DNA of 38,206 nucleotides from an uncultured Bacilli bacterium (GTDB lineage Bacteria; Bacillota_I; Bacilli_A; RF39; UBA660): NCBI GenBank assembly GCA_947625215.1, contig CANQNL010000004.1, positions 1 to 38,206 of the forward strand, read 5' to 3'. Shown piece by piece: positions 36,158 to 38,206 of this stretch (position 1 is its first letter; each line of letters starts with the position of its first letter). The notes under the pieces were generated by a model. It saw only the letters and a program-made list of their open reading frames with translations, ran no database searches and was not told where the DNA came from. The position numbers and the translations under genes were made by a program.

Positions 36158-37765
36158 ATGGAAATAGAAAATTTAAATGAAAAAGTTAGTCAGCTTAAAG
36201 ATAAATATGGAACTTTTATTGAAGAAAAAACTGGATATACAGGTTCTTTGCTAGATGCATATATGAAAACGTTAGTTGAAAATGGTGAGAAATATTATGG
36301 AACTAATTTTACCGAAGATATATTAAAAGAACGTGGAACTAGTTCAATTAGCTGGCTTATAAATGAAATAGGAACGCTAGCTAATAGTGATATTCAAACT
36401 GTAAATGCCCCTCAGGATACTAATCAGGTTCAAAATCCTACTAATGTTCCTGTACAAACTGCAAGTAATGAAATGGATTTAAAAGAGCAGTGGGTTCATT
36501 CCTTAATTAAATCAGGAATGACTGAAAAACAAGCTCGAGATTTTGCGGCAAATCCTTATAATCAAATGTATTATGATCGCTGGCTTACAACTAAAGATGA
36601 TCTAAATGAGCCAAAAGAAGTTAGCGTACCAGAAAATCCGCAGATAAATCCTATTGAAAATGAAAAAAATATTTTATTATCAAAATATCGTGATTTAATT
36701 GAAAAAAGAGTTTTTGGCGGTCATTTTAATGGCAAAGAACTTAATGACTGGCAAAAGGAACAATTAGATAACGGCTTAGAAGCCATAATTAAAAATGGTA
36801 AATTACATTATGGTGAAAATTTCATCGAAGAACTTGTTAATACTGAATCTTTAGAACAGGTAGCTAAAATATTAAGAAGTCTACCTTTAGTTGAAGCTAG
36901 AGAATATGATAATGAGGCAGCAGAGGAAGCTATTGCTGAAATTCCAGTTCCTGCATCTCAGCCAAAAGAAGAGACGGAACCTGTAATGCCAACTTTAGAT
37001 CCGATAAATAATGAGCAGGAAACAGAGCCTATTCAAACTCCTGAAAGTAACACCGAACCAGTTAATGATATTCCAACTGAACCACTCCAAACAATTCCTG
37101 TTATAGAAAATAAACAAACTGTAATTCCGGAAACAGCGATGAAAGGAAAAAGAAAAGAAGCTTCACCATCTTTAATCGATAAATTTAAAAATTATTGGAA
37201 AAAAGCTTCATTTAAAAAGAAAATACTTATTGGTGCCCTAGCAATTGGAGCAGTAATTGGAGTAGGCGCTATAACAGTAACGGCAATTTCACAAATGATG
37301 GTTAACCAAAGTTTTGATAGTAATAGCTTGATGCACGCTAGTAATATGGTTACAGATGCTGTTAATAATTTAGATGTCAGCTCAACTTTTGGAGCCGATA
37401 ACATTGATCCTAATGTTGTAGCTAGTACAGTTGATCCTACTATAGCTAATAATGGCGTAGATCCAAATGCCATAGTTGATTATAGTGGTATTGGTGAAGG
37501 CACTGATGTTCATTATACTCAGGCTGATGCAATAAGTGGTGACAATTTAATGCACGGTAATGAAAATATGGTTGCCGACCACGCTGAATATGTTAATACC
37601 GCTAATGAGGTTACTAATCTTGATGGAATGACTAATAATGAAATTAAACAAGTGCTAGATTCAAATGATGGAGCAGTTAGAGTATCGGCTAATGGTGAAT
37701 GGAATGGCTGGCAAAGTGAAGAACAATTTTTAAATTCTACACAACATCAAACTTTAGGGAGGTAA
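36158..37765 (+). CDS. Hypothetical single-pass membrane protein with duplicated helical domain and Pro/Glu-rich linker
   Basis: TTGACA-18-TATAAT promoter (36097-36126); ATG36158 follows GGGGTGA; TM ILIGALAIGAVIGVGAITV. Confidence 0.8.
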   Translation: MEIENLNEKVSQLKDKYGTFIEEKTGYTGSLLDAYMKTLVENGEKYYGTNFTEDILKERGTSSISWLINEIGTLANSDIQTVNAPQDTNQVQNPTNVPVQTASNEMDLKEQWVHSLIKSGMTEKQARDFAANPYNQMYYDRWLTTKDDLNEPKEVSVPENPQINPIENEKNILLSKYRDLIEKRVFGGHFNGKELNDWQKEQLDNGLEAIIKNGKLHYGENFIEELVNTESLEQVAKILRSLPLVEAREYDNEAAEEAIAEIPVPASQPKEETEPVMPTLDPINNEQETEPIQTPESNTEPVNDIPTEPLQTIPVIENKQTVIPETAMKGKRKEASPSLIDKFKNYWKKASFKKKILIGALAIGAVIGVGAITVTAISQMMVNQSFDSNSLMHASNMVTDAVNNLDVSSTFGADNIDPNVVASTVDPTIANNGVDPNAIVDYSGIGEGTDVHYTQADAISGDNLMHGNENMVADHAEYVNTANEVTNLDGMTNNEIKQVLDSNDGAVRVSANGEWNGWQSEEQFLNSTQHQTLGR

Positions 37766-37771
37766 TAAATA

Positions 37772-38068
37772 ATGAAAAGTGGGCTATATACAATTATTGA
37801 ATTTGATGATAATGATAAATGGCTTGTAATCGGCGAGACTATTTATAAAGATGATAAATATAATTATCTAATTAAAGTAACCCCTGATGAAACAGATTTT
37901 ATTGCTGATTTTATGACTGTAAAGTGTATTAATGATGGTAATGAAGAATATTTTGATGTTGTTCAAGATAAGGATGTGTTAAAAGAAATTATGCCAATAT
38001 TAATGCCAGATATAAAAGAACTTATGGAACATCCAGAAGAAGTTTTAAAAGAATTAGCTAATCACTAA
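37772..38068 (+). CDS. Small acidic protein, DUF1292-like
   Basis: I.FDD..K.LV....Y.D.KY.YL..V pattern; GGGAGGT SD; terminator 38047-38076. Confidence 0.55.
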   Translation: MKSGLYTIIEFDDNDKWLVIGETIYKDDKYNYLIKVTPDETDFIADFMTVKCINDGNEEYFDVVQDKDVLKEIMPILMPDIKELMEHPEEVLKELANH

Positions 38069-38144
38069 TTCTTTTTATACAAATAATGCATAATTTATCA
38101 TTAAATTTATAAAAAGTTTTATAATAATGAGTAAATTTTTTATT

Positions 38145-38176
38145 TAAAATCCCGTTTTTTATTAAACGGGATTTTA
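38145..38176. terminator. 13-bp stem-loop, terminator-like
   Basis: TAAAATCCCGTTT-tttatt-AAACGGGATTTTA. Confidence 0.65.
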
Positions 38177-38206
38177 GTTTTGGAATTGGACGGGGGAATA
38201 AATAAA

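Noticed and set aside
1068-37473. Other short overlapping ORFs in the track (e.g. 1068-1403, 8036-8338, 10731-11036, 21598-21945, 33533-33715, 34937-35233, 37192-37473)
   Set aside because: They overlap well-supported genes and have no independent SD or motif evidence

Overview
AT-rich chromosomal segment (genetic code 11) from a spore-forming, genome-reduced member of the Bacilli. Gene content and order are compatible with an RF39-like gut lineage, which is an inference and not a taxonomic assignment. The backbone is: rhodanese, XRE regulator, rmuC, rnr-smpB-ssrA, GH25 muramidase, dacB-spmA-spmB-rluB, ferredoxin, a gerKA-KC-KB-type operon, an NT5C3-like HAD nucleotidase, rlmD, a class A PBP (pbpG-like), DUF1934, rpoE (delta) and prfA-prmC. 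The accessory block directly after the tmRNA gene (about 5.5-16.2 kb) is the most interesting part. It holds (i) an unannotated candidate type I toxin-antitoxin locus: a 30-aa hydrophobic peptide with a sequestered SD, opposite a fully antisense sRNA with its own promoter and terminator. It holds (ii) a compact type VII secretion locus: FHA-EssC, EsaB/YukD, three WXG100-like proteins, a 761-aa polymorphic effector with a papain-like Cys/His/SWG C-terminal domain, a candidate immunity gene and DUF4176, with no esaA/essA/essB in the window. It also holds (iii) a YefM/YoeB module between 85-bp direct repeats. Other points are a tmRNA tag ending in LAFA, a probable IS1182-type end at the left edge, shared sporulation-sigma promoters, and orphan zincin peptidases lacking signal peptides. 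All protein calls come from motif recognition by eye; no database searches were run.
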